Positions 1 through 12,815 of a stretch of 64,000 nt of DNA are shown here, piece after piece. The stretch is from Carcharhinus longimanus (taxonomy: Eukaryota). The stretch is taken from positions 40,696,702-40,760,701 of the forward strand of contig JASCQW010000122.1 in the NCBI GenBank assembly GCA_030264375.1, read 5' to 3'. Position 1 is the stretch's first letter; each line of letters starts with the position of its first letter. Below the pieces are notes generated by a model. That model was given only the letters and a program-made list of their open reading frames with translations, did no database searches and was not told the origin of the DNA. Both the position numbers and the translations under genes were made by a program.

Positions 1-337
1 GTACAGACCCAGTCTATTCAATCTCTCTTCATAAGCTAACCCCCTCATCTCCAGTATCAGCCTGGTGAACCTTCTCTATACTCCCTCCAAGGCCAAAATA
101 TCCTTCCGCAAATGCGGGGACCAAAACTGCACACAGTACTCCAATTGCGGCCTCACCAGTACCCTGTACAGTTGCAACAAGACCTCCCTGCTTTTATATT
201 CTATCCCCCTCGCTATAAAGGCCAACATTCCATTTGCCTTGATCACCTGCAGACTGAGTTTTTGCAATTCGTGCTCCAGGACCCCCAAGTCCCTCTGCCC
301 AGTAGCATGCTGCAGCTTTTTGCCCTTTAAATAATAA
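1..337 (-). mobile_element. CR1 LINE ORF2 C-terminal fragment
   Basis: ORF 76-288(-) has KANGMLAFIARGIEYKSREVLLQLYRVLVRPQLEYCVQFWSPHLRKDILALEGV, typical of CR1 ORF2. Confidence 0.9.
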
Positions 338-3300
338 TCCCTCCTATTATTTCTTGTTATATTGAGGTCTTTAGACAGCCAATTCTCTCACCCAGCATCA
401 ATTTTTACTGACCACTAATTCTTGCTGGAAATGTATGCGATTTTTTTTTTTCCCAAACGTGCTCAAGTAACCAACTGAGACTTGCATATGAATTATTGCC
501 TTCTGGAGAGCTACTGTCCTTTGAACATGATCCTATGAAGGAATAAAACCTTCAAATGAAAGTAAGAAATTGGTGAAAAGGTTAAAAGTTGGGAAATGGC
601 AATGAATATTTCAGTCATCTTTGAGAGGGATAAATAAGATCAAACTTGTACATGCTTGTTTAAAACAAAAAATTGATTCATTTGAAGGTCAGAATGTCTT
701 AAAATTCTGCAATGACTTTTTCAAATCTTTTTGAAATCTGCCCCATGAGTATGATGAATTTTGTCAGTTCAAATACTGACATTTTCCCCATGTTTCCTGC
801 GGCTTGGGAGTTTTACTGGACTTTCAAATGAATGTTAATTTCTTCAGAACTTTAACTGAACCTAGAAATCTTGTCGCTTTTTTTTCATGGACTTCTAATA
901 TAAACTATTGGCCACTAGCAGGAAAGAGAATTCTCTTTTCTACAGTGTATGGGTGGTGTTGAAGATTTGTTCATAGTATTTGTGTACATAGGAACAGTAG
1001 GAAATGGTTCTGCAAATTTGGTGTTGCTGATCTGTCAGAAAGAATGCCCACTCAGCAGTGTCCCTGTTATGCTGGGTTTTGTGGTGCTTGTCACAGTAAT
1101 AGTATTCTGAAAGAGCATTCATACTAGTTATACAAAGCATTGTTAACTGACAAGCTGCACTTGGTGTTGTTTTCCTTCTCTCAAACCGGATACTCAGTGA
1201 GAATAATTCACAGTAATTGCCTATAAAGGAAGAGAAATGAAATTCTGGAACAATGATTAATTCATCTTTGTTTAAATCTTATTTGAGTCATTCTGGTGTT
1301 ACGTTGTTCGAGGACAAATCAAATTTAAAACAGTATAGTAAACTTTAATTTTACAACCATGCTACTTTAGCTGAAAATCAAGTATATAATTAAGCTAATA
1401 ATTTAGAAACTTAATATCAGGAATAGTGCATGTGTCAGGACATAGTGATTTATGAAAATTAAGTGGCACAGATCTCAAATTAAGAACATCTTATGATGTA
1501 CACAGAAAATTTATATCCCTATTTTGTTGATCTACTTCGATGCAGCCCTGGCACATCCTGAAATGTGAAATGTACTGATGTAGCATGTTTAAAGATGCTT
1601 TCACTTGGAGACTCTGGATCTTGGCAATATATGTTGTAGTGAGTTCCAAATCTTTTGTACTGTTGACAATAATAACTGATGTATCAGTGAGTAAATTTCA
1701 AATGGCATGAAGTAGAATTTAAGCTTCATTGAAAGAGTGGCAAGTAGAGAATTGCTCTCAGCATACTACTGCAGCAGTATATATGGAAGGATGCCCCAAT
1801 CTGCATTCTTTATTCATTAGTTCCACTTGTACAAGCTGTGCAATTAAAAATGTTTGTGGAAAAAATGGAATTACTGTGATTTTAAACTGAAATAACAAAT
1901 GTCTCCATTGAAATATGTAAACCTTTCCTCGCTCAAGTATTCAAGTAGTCCATAACTATGGTAACTCTAGCACAAGGCTACTTACTAAGCTCTTGTCCTG
2001 ATGAACATTTTTCCCACCTGTTTTTTAAATTTGAGGCCCAAAGGAACTTTGGCATAGGAAGTCCTTCATTCAGCTTACTAAAATTGAAGAATTTCTGCAT
2101 TCTAGGCACAAATTTTTTTATATATATATCTATCTATCCCATGGATGTTTTTGTTTGGTTTATCAACCATGCACAGGGAGAAGCTAAGCTTGTGTGCTGC
2201 TCAGAACTGGTTGTAGAGAATATGAAAGGGTAGGAGCTAGCAAGCATGTATGTGTATTAGTTGTCTCAAAATGCCAGCCTTGTATAAATGAGAACTTTGT
2301 ACTGAAAGAACAGTAGCAATGTTGCCTAATATATTTGAATATACCACAAAAATTACTTTATTTTCATGTTCTTGAGACTGTGGTTCATTGTGTTCATTTA
2401 ATCATTGTTGATAATCAGTACTGTGAATTGCTGTTAAAGTAACAATTGTGTAAAGTGCTCTGGAGAAGATGGAGGCTACTCTCAGTTGAAAATTGTTTTG
2501 TGAAAGGCTAATGAGGTAAAAGCCAAATTTGTCTTGCACCATTATCTTGGAAGGCATTGCACTATAAAATTGGTCAAACATTGCAATTTGATTTCATGTA
2601 GTAATTCTCTTGGGAAAATGGTAGTGGGTGAAATGAAGGGAGTCTTGTGAAAGAAAGCAGGAAATGTCAGTTTCTCTAGTTAGCCACTTTGTGCATTCTC
2701 AAGAATTTAATCATCTTGAAACATTACATCTAACTTCCATTTCCACTTTTTAATTTCTAAAACTTCTTTCATCAAAGTTGAGCAACTTTTGACTTCTAGC
2801 ATATAATAAGCTACTGGTTTTGTAATGCCATCCATGTTAGACTGATTTGATAGTTGCAACAACCTTGCTCTTTTAGAACCACAACATGTCAAGGTGCTTC
2901 ATAGGGCCATTATAAGACAAGATATGACACCAAACTGCATGAGACATTGGGAAGGTGGCCAAAATCTTGGCCGTGGAGAGGTTTGAGGCCTAGTGAAAGT
3001 TAAAATTGGGGATGCCATGAGGCTATCAATTGTTCTGCTAGAGAGATTACAACAAATGAAGGGAGAAAGGATTTGTGGTGAAGATGACCATTAAATCAAG
3101 GTCTTAATTGACTGGGAGCCCCATTGTACTGAGCCCAGTACTTTTTCCTGTGAAACATCCAATTGTTTCTTCAATGATTCCAGGATTTTTTTGTATTTAT
3201 AGCTGTAGCTGGCAGTCACGTTTGAATGTACTGATTACTATTCAAATAAAGAGCTTTGTGTGTGACTTTAAAAAAAAATTCTAGTTTTGAATCTTGGCCT

Positions 3301-3371
3301 CTTTGATTTATTCCTATGCCTTTTATAACTTTAGAATAGATGGTTGTTTGATGGCTAGCATAGACCAGATG

Positions 3372-3897
3372 GTAAGAAGTCTCAACACCAGGTTAAAGTC
3401 CAACAGGTTTACTTGGTAGTAAACACCACTAGCTTTCCTAGCACTGCTCCTTCATCAGGTGAGTGAGGAGTTCTGATCACAAACAGGGCCTATAAAGGCG
3501 CACACAATTTACAGAATACTGATTAGAATGTGAGTCTTTACAGCTAATCAAGTCTTAAAAGGTGCAGACACTGTGAGTGGAGATAGCATTAAGCATAGGT
3601 TAAAGAGGTGTATTGTCTCCAGACAGGACAGTGAGATGTTGCAAGCCCAGGCAAGTCATGGGGGTTACAGATAGTGTGATATGAACCCAGGATCCCAGTT
3701 GAGGCTATCCTTGTGTGCAGAACTTGGCTGTCGGTTTCTGCTCGGCAACTCTGCGCTGTCATATGTCATGAAGGCCGCCTTGGAGAATGTTTACCTGAAG
3801 ATCAGAAGCTGAATGCCTGTGACCACAAGTGTTTGTCAACAGGAAGGGAACCGTCTTACTCAGTGATTGTCAAGCGGTGTTCATTCATCTGTTGTCA
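3372..3897 (-). mobile_element. Penelope-like retroelement 3' fragment (end of GIY-YIG coding region, 3' UTR and terminal repeat)
   Basis: The reverse complement aligns by eye to 21740-22210 and ends in the AATAAACCTGTTGGACTTTAACCTGGTGTTG-type terminal motif. Confidence 0.85.
3427..3461 (-). ncRNA. Minimal type I hammerhead ribozyme motif (Penelope terminal repeat), stem II partly decayed
   Basis: Minus strand reads CAC-CUGAUGA-A-GGAGCAGUGCUAG-GAAA-GCU-A-GUG: both core boxes and the CAC/GUG stem I are intact; the two basal stem II pairs are mismatched. Confidence 0.7.
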
Positions 3898-3954
3898 AAC
3901 TGTAGAATTATTCTGAACCAAAATAATGCCATTCAGCCCAATATGACAGCTCTT

Positions 3955-4185
3955 TTAAGCACTACCTGCAAGTTCCCTCCAAGTCATGTACCATCCTGAC
4001 TTGGAATTATATCATCGTTCCTTCACTGTTGGGTCAAAATCTTGGCGCTCTGTTTGATGTACCTATACCATATGAATTAGTGGTTCAAGAAGGCAGCTTG
4101 CCATCACCACCTTTTTGAGGATAGTTTGGAATGGGCAATACAATTTGCCTTGGCTGACTATAAACACTTTTTTGTCCCACATCCT
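3955..4185 (+). mobile_element. 3' end of CR1/L2-group LINE (same family as 15990-18063)
   Basis: CACCATCCTGACTTGGAA...GGTTCAAGAAGGCAGC...GGGCAATA...CCCACATCC, matching 17395-17600. Confidence 0.75.
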
Positions 4186-4544
4186 GGCTTTTGCCATTAA
4201 CCTTGCAAATGGGTCCATATTCAAATGTCTGTCTTTTGCCATCTCTTCAGGTAGTGCCGCCTTGATTTTCATGTTTTGTGCAAATAGCATTTCTCCTAAT
4301 TTCCTCCATGTTTTGTTAATTATGTAAAATCTAACTACTTGTTACCAGCCCACCTGCTGGCAGAACCATTGCTCCCTACTTCCTTTAACAGAACTCCATA
4401 TAATTACGAGTTGTCTCTTATCTAAACTCTCAGTGCTCCAAGAAAAACCAATCTCTGCTTTTTCAATTTGTCTTCTAATAGCAATGAAACATTCCAATGA
4501 TGTGATCAGCTCTTTAAGCAACCTGCAGCCATTTAAATATATAA

Positions 4545-5660
4545 TATCCCTCCCCCTTTGTGGTCATGACAGATTTACTACTATGTTATACATAGGATCA
4601 ATCATACTCTAGACCAATATCGTATTAATCATTACACACAGCCAATCAGGAAGACATCTATTCCTCTTTGGATGTCTATGATTTTCTGGAATTTGGCTGT
4701 CCTTGACCCTAAAAGTATGATTTTTGGAAATTCTACCTCATTCTCACATAGTAGCAAAGACACAATCATCAGGCAACTGTGATTCAAATAAGTCTTCGTA
4801 GCATTCACAACACAGATGTTACTTCTGGAGATGATTGAGAAATCTCTAAGATGACAACAGTTGGTCAGCGTGGATTCGCCGAACAAGTTCACCTTCAGAT
4901 TGGACCTGTTTTGCTACAACTGTGCTGCTACCCATTTCTCACTTCTGGCATAATTACATGCTGCACTCTTAACTCCTTGCTCAAATGTGGTGTTTTGCCC
5001 TCACTTTGTCTATTACTTTGAGATTGTTTACTCAGTTTCTGAAGTCAAACTTCGTTCTCAACTTTCTCTTTAATGCAGGTGAACTTTAGGTGGTTGCACG
5101 AGTAGTGTTTCTAAAAAAAAAAGTCAAAGCTATTCACGTGACACGATGAATCTTGCTATTTTGAAACTTGATCAAGGATTGTATGAATCTTCAGCTAGTC
5201 GATTTTTAGTCGATAAGGTGCAGATTTTATATGCTGAATAGCATTTAATTTGAGCGAATCCTCAAACTCTTGAAGTAAACTGAACTGTTATTGCTAACAG
5301 TCTGTTCTGGTTTACCAAATCGTGCAAAAATGTTGTGATGTTTTTCAATGGCTTGCTCAGTTGGATATCAGCCCTAGTAGATCTCATAACTTCTGGTCTG
5401 GAGTGCGGGTCAGTTATGACCTAAAGAAAATGTAACCTCAAGTGGACCAGTAAAATCTACGTGCAGTTGTTGCCATGGCATTTTAGGCCCCTCTTCCCAA
5501 GGATATAAAGGAGACAATCGTTCATTTCTTTCTTGTGCGTAGGATTGAAACTCTTCAACCTGAGCATCCAGACCAACCAAAAATAACCACATATTCGTTC
5601 CTATTAGTTCATGAGCTTTCAGTTAAGGGATTGAGTACCCAATGAACATTAGTACCCTGG
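4545..5660 (-). mobile_element. Decayed Gypsy/Ty3 LTR-retrotransposon integrase fragment with polypurine tract
   Basis: Minus-strand peptides GLDAQVEE, LYPWEEGPKMPWQQLHVDFTGP, IFARFGKPEQTVSNNS and NAIQHIKSAPY resemble the integrase core; AAAGGGGGAGGGA at 4547-4559(-) is PPT-like. Confidence 0.8.
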
Positions 5661-6029
5661 CGATTTTTCTATTGATCAGTTTCAATATTCTGGGATATAT
5701 TTCATTTACTTCCAGGAGCTGTTAGTCTTCATAGGAACAGATGATACAGCATGTTTGTTGTGACATCAAATTTCAGTACATCAATAATAAAGTCATAGTT
5801 GAGAAAGACAGAAGTAAGAGGTGGTTAGCTTTGGAGAAAGGGAGTGGATGAGATTAGAGTTGGATATATACGGAAATTGCTTTCTATTTTCATACATGGA
5901 GTAACAGTGTGGAAAACTGAAGGAAAGAAAATAGTGTTGAAATTAAGCAAGGATCTTTTATAAGCAGCCAATTCTTTTAATGTCTTTCTCTCTTTGACAA
6001 TCTGGGTTTGAGGATTTTCTTTGCACTCA

Positions 6030-6990
6030 GCTTTGGTAAGTTATGAAATTGCTGATCAGTGCACTCTGCAGATCCTGCCTTGTGCGGCAGATGGTGCTTG
6101 GCGTTGGATAGTTGGTTTGTGCTCTCCCTTTTTGATGCTTGGACTTTGCCTCTGTACATTTCAGAGAAAGTCTGTTTTGCTTGTCTTCCTGGATGAGCTG
6201 TCTGCTTTGGTCACAAGCCAGGGTTGGAAGGGATGTTTGACCCCTTCAGGAATTGATTAGGGCATCCCTAGTCTGTTTCCATTCCACTGGGAGTCACTTG
6301 CCATGATTTAAGTTCCTAGTAGTGCAGTTGCTTTTGGGGGTCTGGAGTCAGGTGTACTAACAATGTGACCTGAAAAAACTGGTTTGAGTGAGTGACAACT
6401 CAGTGCTGGGCAAGTTGGTTTGAGAGGATGCTGCTTTTGGACTGCTAGATTTGGAGGATCTTGTGAAGTAATCATAGGTGGTATTTATTTCTCTAGGGCT
6501 TTGAGATGCTGTAGCTTGGCCAGTTTCTCAAGCATAGAGGAGTGCAGGGATCACTGCTGTCAGTAAGCCCTGACATTGCTCATTGATTTGGGATTCTACT
6601 CTTCATTCTTCAGACAGCTGNNNNNNNNNNNNNNNNNNNNNNCTTCTAAACTATGGGGAAAAAGTCTTTTACCGGATCTCCCTGGCAGATGTGCTGTGGG
6701 AACTGGTTGGAAAGAAGACCTTGGTTTTCCGGATGCTTAGTGAAAGGCCTGCCCATTTTCTCGTGCTTCAGAGGAAAGAGTTGATGATGACCTAGAGCTC
6801 AGTTTGAGTAAATGCATGAACAAACCTCATCTGCATACTGAAGCATTCATGAGTGAGATTGAAGTGGTTTTGGACTGAAGGTGGCGCAAGTTGAATAGTT
6901 TTCAGACTGTGTTACACCTGGTGAAGTGAGATGCAGAGTTGCTGTGAGGAAAATGGAGAAGAGTTGATGCAATAACAGTTAAGATGGTTC
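6030..6990 (-). mobile_element. Decayed RTE-clade (BovB-like) LINE, RT and C-terminal region
   Basis: Frameshifted minus-strand peptides KLFNLRHLQSKT, LQYADE, LSIRKTKV, AVIPALLYA, HLKALEK and GHIVSTPDSRPPK match RTE ORF motifs. Confidence 0.72.
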
Positions 6991-8764
6991 CTGTGCAGTC
7001 AGTTCCCTGGAGGGCTTCCCTAATACTTGTCTGCCAACTGCTGCCATTTGTTGCTATTGTCTTAAATAACCGCCTTTTTGCTGAGGCTCCCCTGATTCTA
7101 ACATGGTTAATAACAACTTGAAAATGTACTTGAACGTTGCCAAGATGGGCAGTTTGATTTAGTATTGCTTTAAGGAAGGTGTTGCAATGTTTGCTTAATA
7201 TAAACTTGTCGATCTCCTGCACACAACTGGTAAACCATACATATGTTTGGCTTATTTGAAGAAGATTGAACAGCTGTTTTTAAGAGGGAAGTACAGTTGC
7301 AATTCCTTAGCAGAATGTGCTGCTAGGTAAACAAAGCTCATCTGAACAGTCTTCTGGTCACATGGTTTGTATCCTGGCTGCTAACTTATTAGCATATCAC
7401 AGCAACTAGTATTGTGCAGTGCCATGTAATGAGAAGGCAACTATAACTTGTGTTTTTATCTAACCATGCAACTTTGTACAAAATATTTACTGTCCTGAGT
7501 AAGTACGTGTACGTGATTTGTATGCAGTTCTGTGTGTGAAAATCCAGTTGTGGTCTGCCAATTTTTGACATCCAAAGTTACAACTGTGGCAGGCAAAACA
7601 ACATCTCAATTGTCAAGGCCACTTGATTTTTGTTCACAAATGGCAGGGGAATAGTAATGTAATAATTACTGCAAGTTTACTGATTGTAGCAATAATTTGG
7701 TCATTTATGGCAGTCACTATTTGCTAATACGTTTGCAATTGCTTTTTAATACTTCTGGGATAAATTGCAGCAATTTTGGTAGTAATTGCAGCGCAGTATG
7801 TACTTCAAGCTGGCAGTTGCAAAAACCAGAACAAAACCCAGTACAATGCATTTGCTAATGAAGACTATTATATCAAAATATTAAAGTTATTAGCATTGCA
7901 CTTATCACCTGATTGCACAAAGAAAATATTTGTTGTCTCTTTAAGAGCAAAATGGGCTGGGAAATATTTTTGAGGATCAATTGGTTTTCTGATTACCACT
8001 TCTAGATTCCAAGACATAAGTGACTTGGGGTTGATGTGAGGGTTGAACAAAGAAGCAAAGGGTAAATACAACATTATATTGCAGTGCAATGGACATTTTC
8101 TTCTGTTTCGCTGTGTCTAGTTAAATGGAGCTTGATTTTCCTCTCCCAAATGTAATTAGCTTTCATTTCCTCTAACACTGCCTGTACCTGCCCCACCTCT
8201 GTTCTGCTGCCAAAATAAAACAAAAATGGAGACTGGATTTCACAAATACTGCTACAGGGATGCTTGTGTACATATGTTTCTTAAACTCCCATAGAATAGT
8301 TATTGTATGTTTGGGGACCCTTTTTATATAATATTGTTATACCATTAATATCAGATTATTGATTAGCTTCAGACTCTCTCTCAGGCAAGTGCTCCCAGCA
8401 GATAAAAATTTTTATTATATTCCCAAGAAACTTCAATTTTAAATCGCACAGGTAGCAGCTAAGAATTTTGTGGTTGTACAGTCATGTTTTCCAGTAACTA
8501 GCTGGAAACTTTCCTTTATCTGAATGAAGCACAACACACAAATTTTAAACATGCTACAGAGGTTTTGGAGGGAAAAAATGAGTTTGCAATAATTGCAGAG
8601 AATTGGCTAAAATCATAATCCAAGCTAATGCTGAGGAACTGTCAGAAGTGCTGTTTTTCAGATCAAACACTTCCCTCACTAGACTTAAAGAATCTCATGC
8701 AAGATATTCCTTCATGGTTTGCTGACCAACATTGATAATCACAAAATGATTACAGCATCAAATA

Positions 8765-10010
8765 AACCGCTTGGTTCATGTCTGTGCCAGCTCTGTGCAA
8801 GAGCAATTTGCCTGGCTCCAGTCCTTGCCTGTCCCCTGTAGTCTTTTTTAATCTTTAGATACTCAGTTCTCTTTTGAAGGCCATGATTGATCTTCCTCCA
8901 CAGTGTCAGACAATGCATTCAAGATCTTGATGACTTGCTGTTTTAAAGTTTATTTTCATGTTGACATTTTGCAAGTTATCTTTTTTAAATTACTATCATC
9001 CTGATTTTTGGATTCTTCTACCAACCCTGTCTACTCTCTCCAAATCCCTCAATTTTGAAAACCCTGCAAAATCTTCCCCAACGTGCCAAGTAACTGAAAT
9101 TCCTCATCCTTGGAGCCATTTTTGTGAACTTTTCTGTATCCTGTCAAATGTTAAGTGTGGTGCCCAGAACTGGACACAATGTTTATACAAGTTTATCATT
9201 ATTTGACTTGACTTTTTCTGCACTGTGTACCTGATGAAGGGTTAGTGCTCAAAGCTTGTAGCTTGTGTTACCAAATAAACCTGTTGGACTTTAACCTGGT
9301 GTTGTGAGACTACTTACTGTGCTTGCTCCAGTCCAAGGCTGGCATCTCCACATTTAGTTTATAAAGCCCATGGCCCCTTTTGCTTGACTGCTTAATCCGT
9401 TCTGCCATCTTTTTAATAATTAGTGCAGATGTATCTCCAGGTCTCTGCTCTTGCACCCCATTCGGAATGGTATCCTCTGTCTTGCCATATTTATCCTATT
9501 AAAATGTACCACTTGTACTTCACCATATTTAAATTTAATTTGCCACTTGCTTGTATGTTCTACTGCAAGATTTTGAAGTTCTGTTCTATCCTCACACTTC
9601 ACAAACTTTCTGAATTTTGTGCCATCCATGTTTGAAATTTTGTGCTCTGTACACCAATTCCAGATCATTGAGACATCAGGAAAAGCAGGGGTCCTGAACA
9701 AGATCCTTAGGAAACCCACAATATACCTTCAGTCCAAAAACAGCCATTCATTGCTACTGTTTCCTGTCACTCAACTAATTTTGTATTTATGCTGCTATGC
9801 TTCCTTTTTAATCCATGGGCTCTAACTTTGCTGACAAGACAGTTTTATGTATGCTTTGTCAAATGTCTTTCAGAAGTCCATGTACACCAACTAGTACCAT
9901 CATCAACTCAGTTGTTACCACAGCAAAACTTGTATAAGTTGCCCAAAACAAATCTACTGTTTTTCTTTAATCCACTTTTATCCAAGTGGCTACTGATTTT
10001 GTTGTTTTGA
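8765..10010 (-). mobile_element. Old CR1 LINE, interrupted by a Penelope terminal-repeat insert
   Basis: TGTGGTGCCCAGAACTGGACACAAT (CVQFWAPH on minus) and KWQIKF in ORF 9420-9719(-). Confidence 0.7.
9228..9353 (+). mobile_element. Solo Penelope terminal-repeat fragment with decayed hammerhead
   Basis: TAC-CTGATGA-AGGGTTAGTGCTC-AAAGCTT-GTA followed by ACCAAATAAACCTGTTGGACTTTAACCTGGTGTTGTGAGAC...CCAGTCCAAGGCTGGCATCTCCACAT. Confidence 0.8.
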
Positions 10011-10036
10011 AATGCCTTCCCACTAGAGGTTAAACT

Positions 10037-10722
10037 NNNNNNNNNNNNNNNNNNNNNNNNNNNNNNNNNNNNNNNNNNNNNNNNNNNNNNNNNNNNNNNN
10101 NNNNNNNNNNNNNNNNNNNNNNNNNNNNNNNNNNNNNNNNNNNNNNNNNNNNNNNNNNNNNNNNNNNNNNNNNNNNNNNNNNNNNNNNNNNNNNNNNNNN
10201 NNNNNNNNNNNNNNNNNNNNNNNNNNNNNNNNNNNNNNNNNNNNNNNNNNNNNNNNNNNNNNNNNNNNNNNNNNNNNNNNNNNNNNNNNNNNNNNNNNNN
10301 NNNNNNNNNNNNNNNNNNNNNNNNNNNNNNNNNNNNNNNNNNNNNNNNNNNNNNNNNNNNNNNNNNNNNNNNNNNNNNNNNNNNNNNNNNNNNNNNNNNN
10401 NNNNNNNNNNNNNNNNNNNNNNNNNNNNNNNNNNNNNNNNNNNNNNNNNNNNNNNNNNNNNNNNNNNNNNNNNNNNNNNNNNNNNNNNNNNNNNNNNNNN
10501 NNNNNNNNNNNNNNNNNNNNNNNNNNNNNNNNNNNNNNNNNNNNNNNNNNNNNNNNNNNNNNNNNNNNNNNNNNNNNNNNNNNNNNNNNNNNNNNNNNNN
10601 NNNNNNNNNNNNNNNNNNNNNNNNNNNNNNNNNNNNNNNNNNNNNNNNNNNNNNNNNNNNNNNNNNNNNNNNNNNNNNNNNNNNNNNNNNNNNNNNNNNN
10701 NNNNNNNNNNNNNNNNNNNNNN
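10037..10722. other. Assembly gap (largest). Others: 6621-6642, 13245-13344, 18064-18163, 34039-34138, 36466-36475, 41106-41205, 46283-46382
   Basis: Runs of N; five are exactly 100 N, typical placeholders for unknown size. Confidence 0.99.
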
Positions 10723-11125
10723 TTCCAAGTGATGGTTGTGTGTTTGGAAGGTATTGTTAAAGGAGCCTTGGTATGTTGCTGCAGTGCATCTTGTGGATGA
10801 TACATGTTGCTGTCATTGTGCATTTGGTGGTTTGTGGACGGGATTAAGCAAGCTGTTTTGTCCTGGATGATCGGCTTCTTGTGTTGCACTCCACCAGGCA
10901 TGTGGTGAGTATGCCATCACACTACTGATTTTTCAGTTTGGGTGAAGAGATGTGTGTTAGGAGGTAAATCTTCACTCAGCATTCAGTCTTTGCTCTGCTA
11001 TTGTAACACAATGTTCGTATGGCTATTACAGTTAAACTTCTGGTCAGTGGCTACCCTCAAGATGTTTATGGTGGTGAATTCTGATTTGACAATAAGATTG
11101 GATTTCTTGTTGGGGGTGGTTTGTC
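10723..11125 (-). mobile_element. CR1/L2-group LINE fragment (family of 15990-18063)
   Basis: The reverse complement matches 17030-17400 (GCAGTGCATCTTG, TCCTGGATG, TTCTGGTCA motifs). Confidence 0.7.
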
Positions 11126-11410
11126 TGGCTACAAAGTGATACCATATGAAGTTCATTGATTTTGGAGCTGCCCCAGAGTTCCTAGAATCCTTGCCCTTGT
11201 GTTCCCAGATTCTTGGAATTTCCCCTGTCCCAGTGCTTCAAAACTTTGGGATTTTTCTCAATGCAGTTTGTCCCTGAGACTCAGTTCCAGTGCTCCAAAT
11301 GTAGACTGTTTTGGTATTCCAAGTTCATTTTCTCTGAAGAAATCTGATTTTTGATGTGGAACTTGTGACTTGTGTTATGATCTGGGGCAAAATCGCCAAT
11401 TGTAATGATC

Positions 11411-11625
11411 TTAAAATCCCTACCATGCAATAAGAGGCCATTCAGCCCATTTTGAATCTGCATCGACTAAGGCTCTTTCCTCCACCCTATCCCTGTAACC
11501 CCAAACAATTACCATGGTTGATCCATCTACACGTTTCGGGACTGAGGAAACCAGAGCAGACATAATGTCAAACTCCACGCAGATACTCAGGTGCTATGAG
11601 GCAGCAGTGCTAATCACTGTCACTG
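11411..11625 (-). mobile_element. V-SINE/HE1-like tRNA-derived SINE, internally deleted
   Basis: Head GAGGCAGCAGTGCTAATCACTGT, core GAGGAAACCAGAGCA / CAAACTCCAC, CR1-like tail GAGGCCATTCAGCCCAT. Confidence 0.75.
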
Positions 11626-12529
11626 TACTGCTTATGGTAGAGACAAGTGTGCTTGTTTTGTAGAATCTATAAACCCCAACATTTATTAAAAGAATGAAGC
11701 CACAAGGTTCACTGTTTTAAATCAAAAGATTTTTACTATTAAAGAACATGATGTGTAATTACACACTTGGCCATTTATGTTAAAGATATTAGAAGTACCA
11801 TGAACTTGTTACTTATTTTCTAACTCCACTTTCCTGTTACCCACTTGACTTTCATCCTCAATTCCAATTAGATACTTGGTTAAAAATTGTAGGGTTCACC
11901 ATTTGGTCTGAGTATTACTTTGAAGGTTTGGGATTTCTTGGGCCTCCCACTTTGTTACTGCAGCAAGGTTACTGTCTATGGTGGTTGACTTCCAGTTTGG
12001 GTAGCACTGATAGGTAGGTAACTTCAGTGTAGCCACCTTGGGTCAGAACTGTCCTGGTTCTGATGTTTGTAACTTTTTGATGTTTTTGTGTTTTGAACAC
12101 CACCACATAGTATTTTAGCTTGGCTATGCCAGAAGTATAGTTTACTATTAAAATCCTTCAGTTAATAAGCAGTTTAAACTTCTGTACCCAGCAAACAAAA
12201 TTTTCAAATTAATGAGATTCCTTGCTCTGCAGATTGTTCTAAAACTAAAATCCCTGCTTGAGATCAAAGCCACACCCTCAATCTACTCACCCCGTAATTC
12301 TGATTTTAACGCTTTTCTTCATTTTATTGACACTTCACTAGAAATCAACTTGGCATTTGTTCTCAGTGACCAATCTGACATGCAATCTTGGTTTTATTTT
12401 CCCCCAGAAGCACATGGGCAACCATGTTTGTCACCCCTACAGATTTAGCTTGTTAATGTTGTTTTCAGGAACACTGCTCTGAATGCTGCAGGGTGGGGGG
12501 AGGATTCTAGGTTGGATTCCAATGCAATG

Positions 12530-12815
12530 GTGACTGAGTGCTACACTGTTAGAGAACTAGTCTTTTGGATGAGGCTGCTCGCTCGGTTGGATACGAAAGG
12601 TCCCGTGGCTCTGAAGGAAAACCAGGGAAATTATCACTGATATTAGCCAATATGTATCCTTCAATAAACATCTCAAACTGATTATCTGGAACTACATTTT
12701 TGGAAGTTTGCATGTGTAGAATTTACTGTTGCATTTTCTCACGAGTGAAGTACTTTCTTGGCTGTAAAATACTTTGGGAAGTACTGAAATCATAAAAGGC
12801 ACTACATAATACAAT
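12530..12815 (+). mobile_element. Old DeuSINE-like SINE
   Basis: GTCTTTTGGATGAG...GCCAATATGTATCCTTCAA...GATTATCTGG...TTGGCTGTAAAATACTTTGGGA...AAAGGCACTACATAA; related minus-strand pieces near 24300-24480, 27015-27180 and 27880-28040. Confidence 0.65.

Noticed and set aside
10023-10901. Long ORFs of 292 and 232 aa
   Set aside because: Artefacts of reading through N runs.
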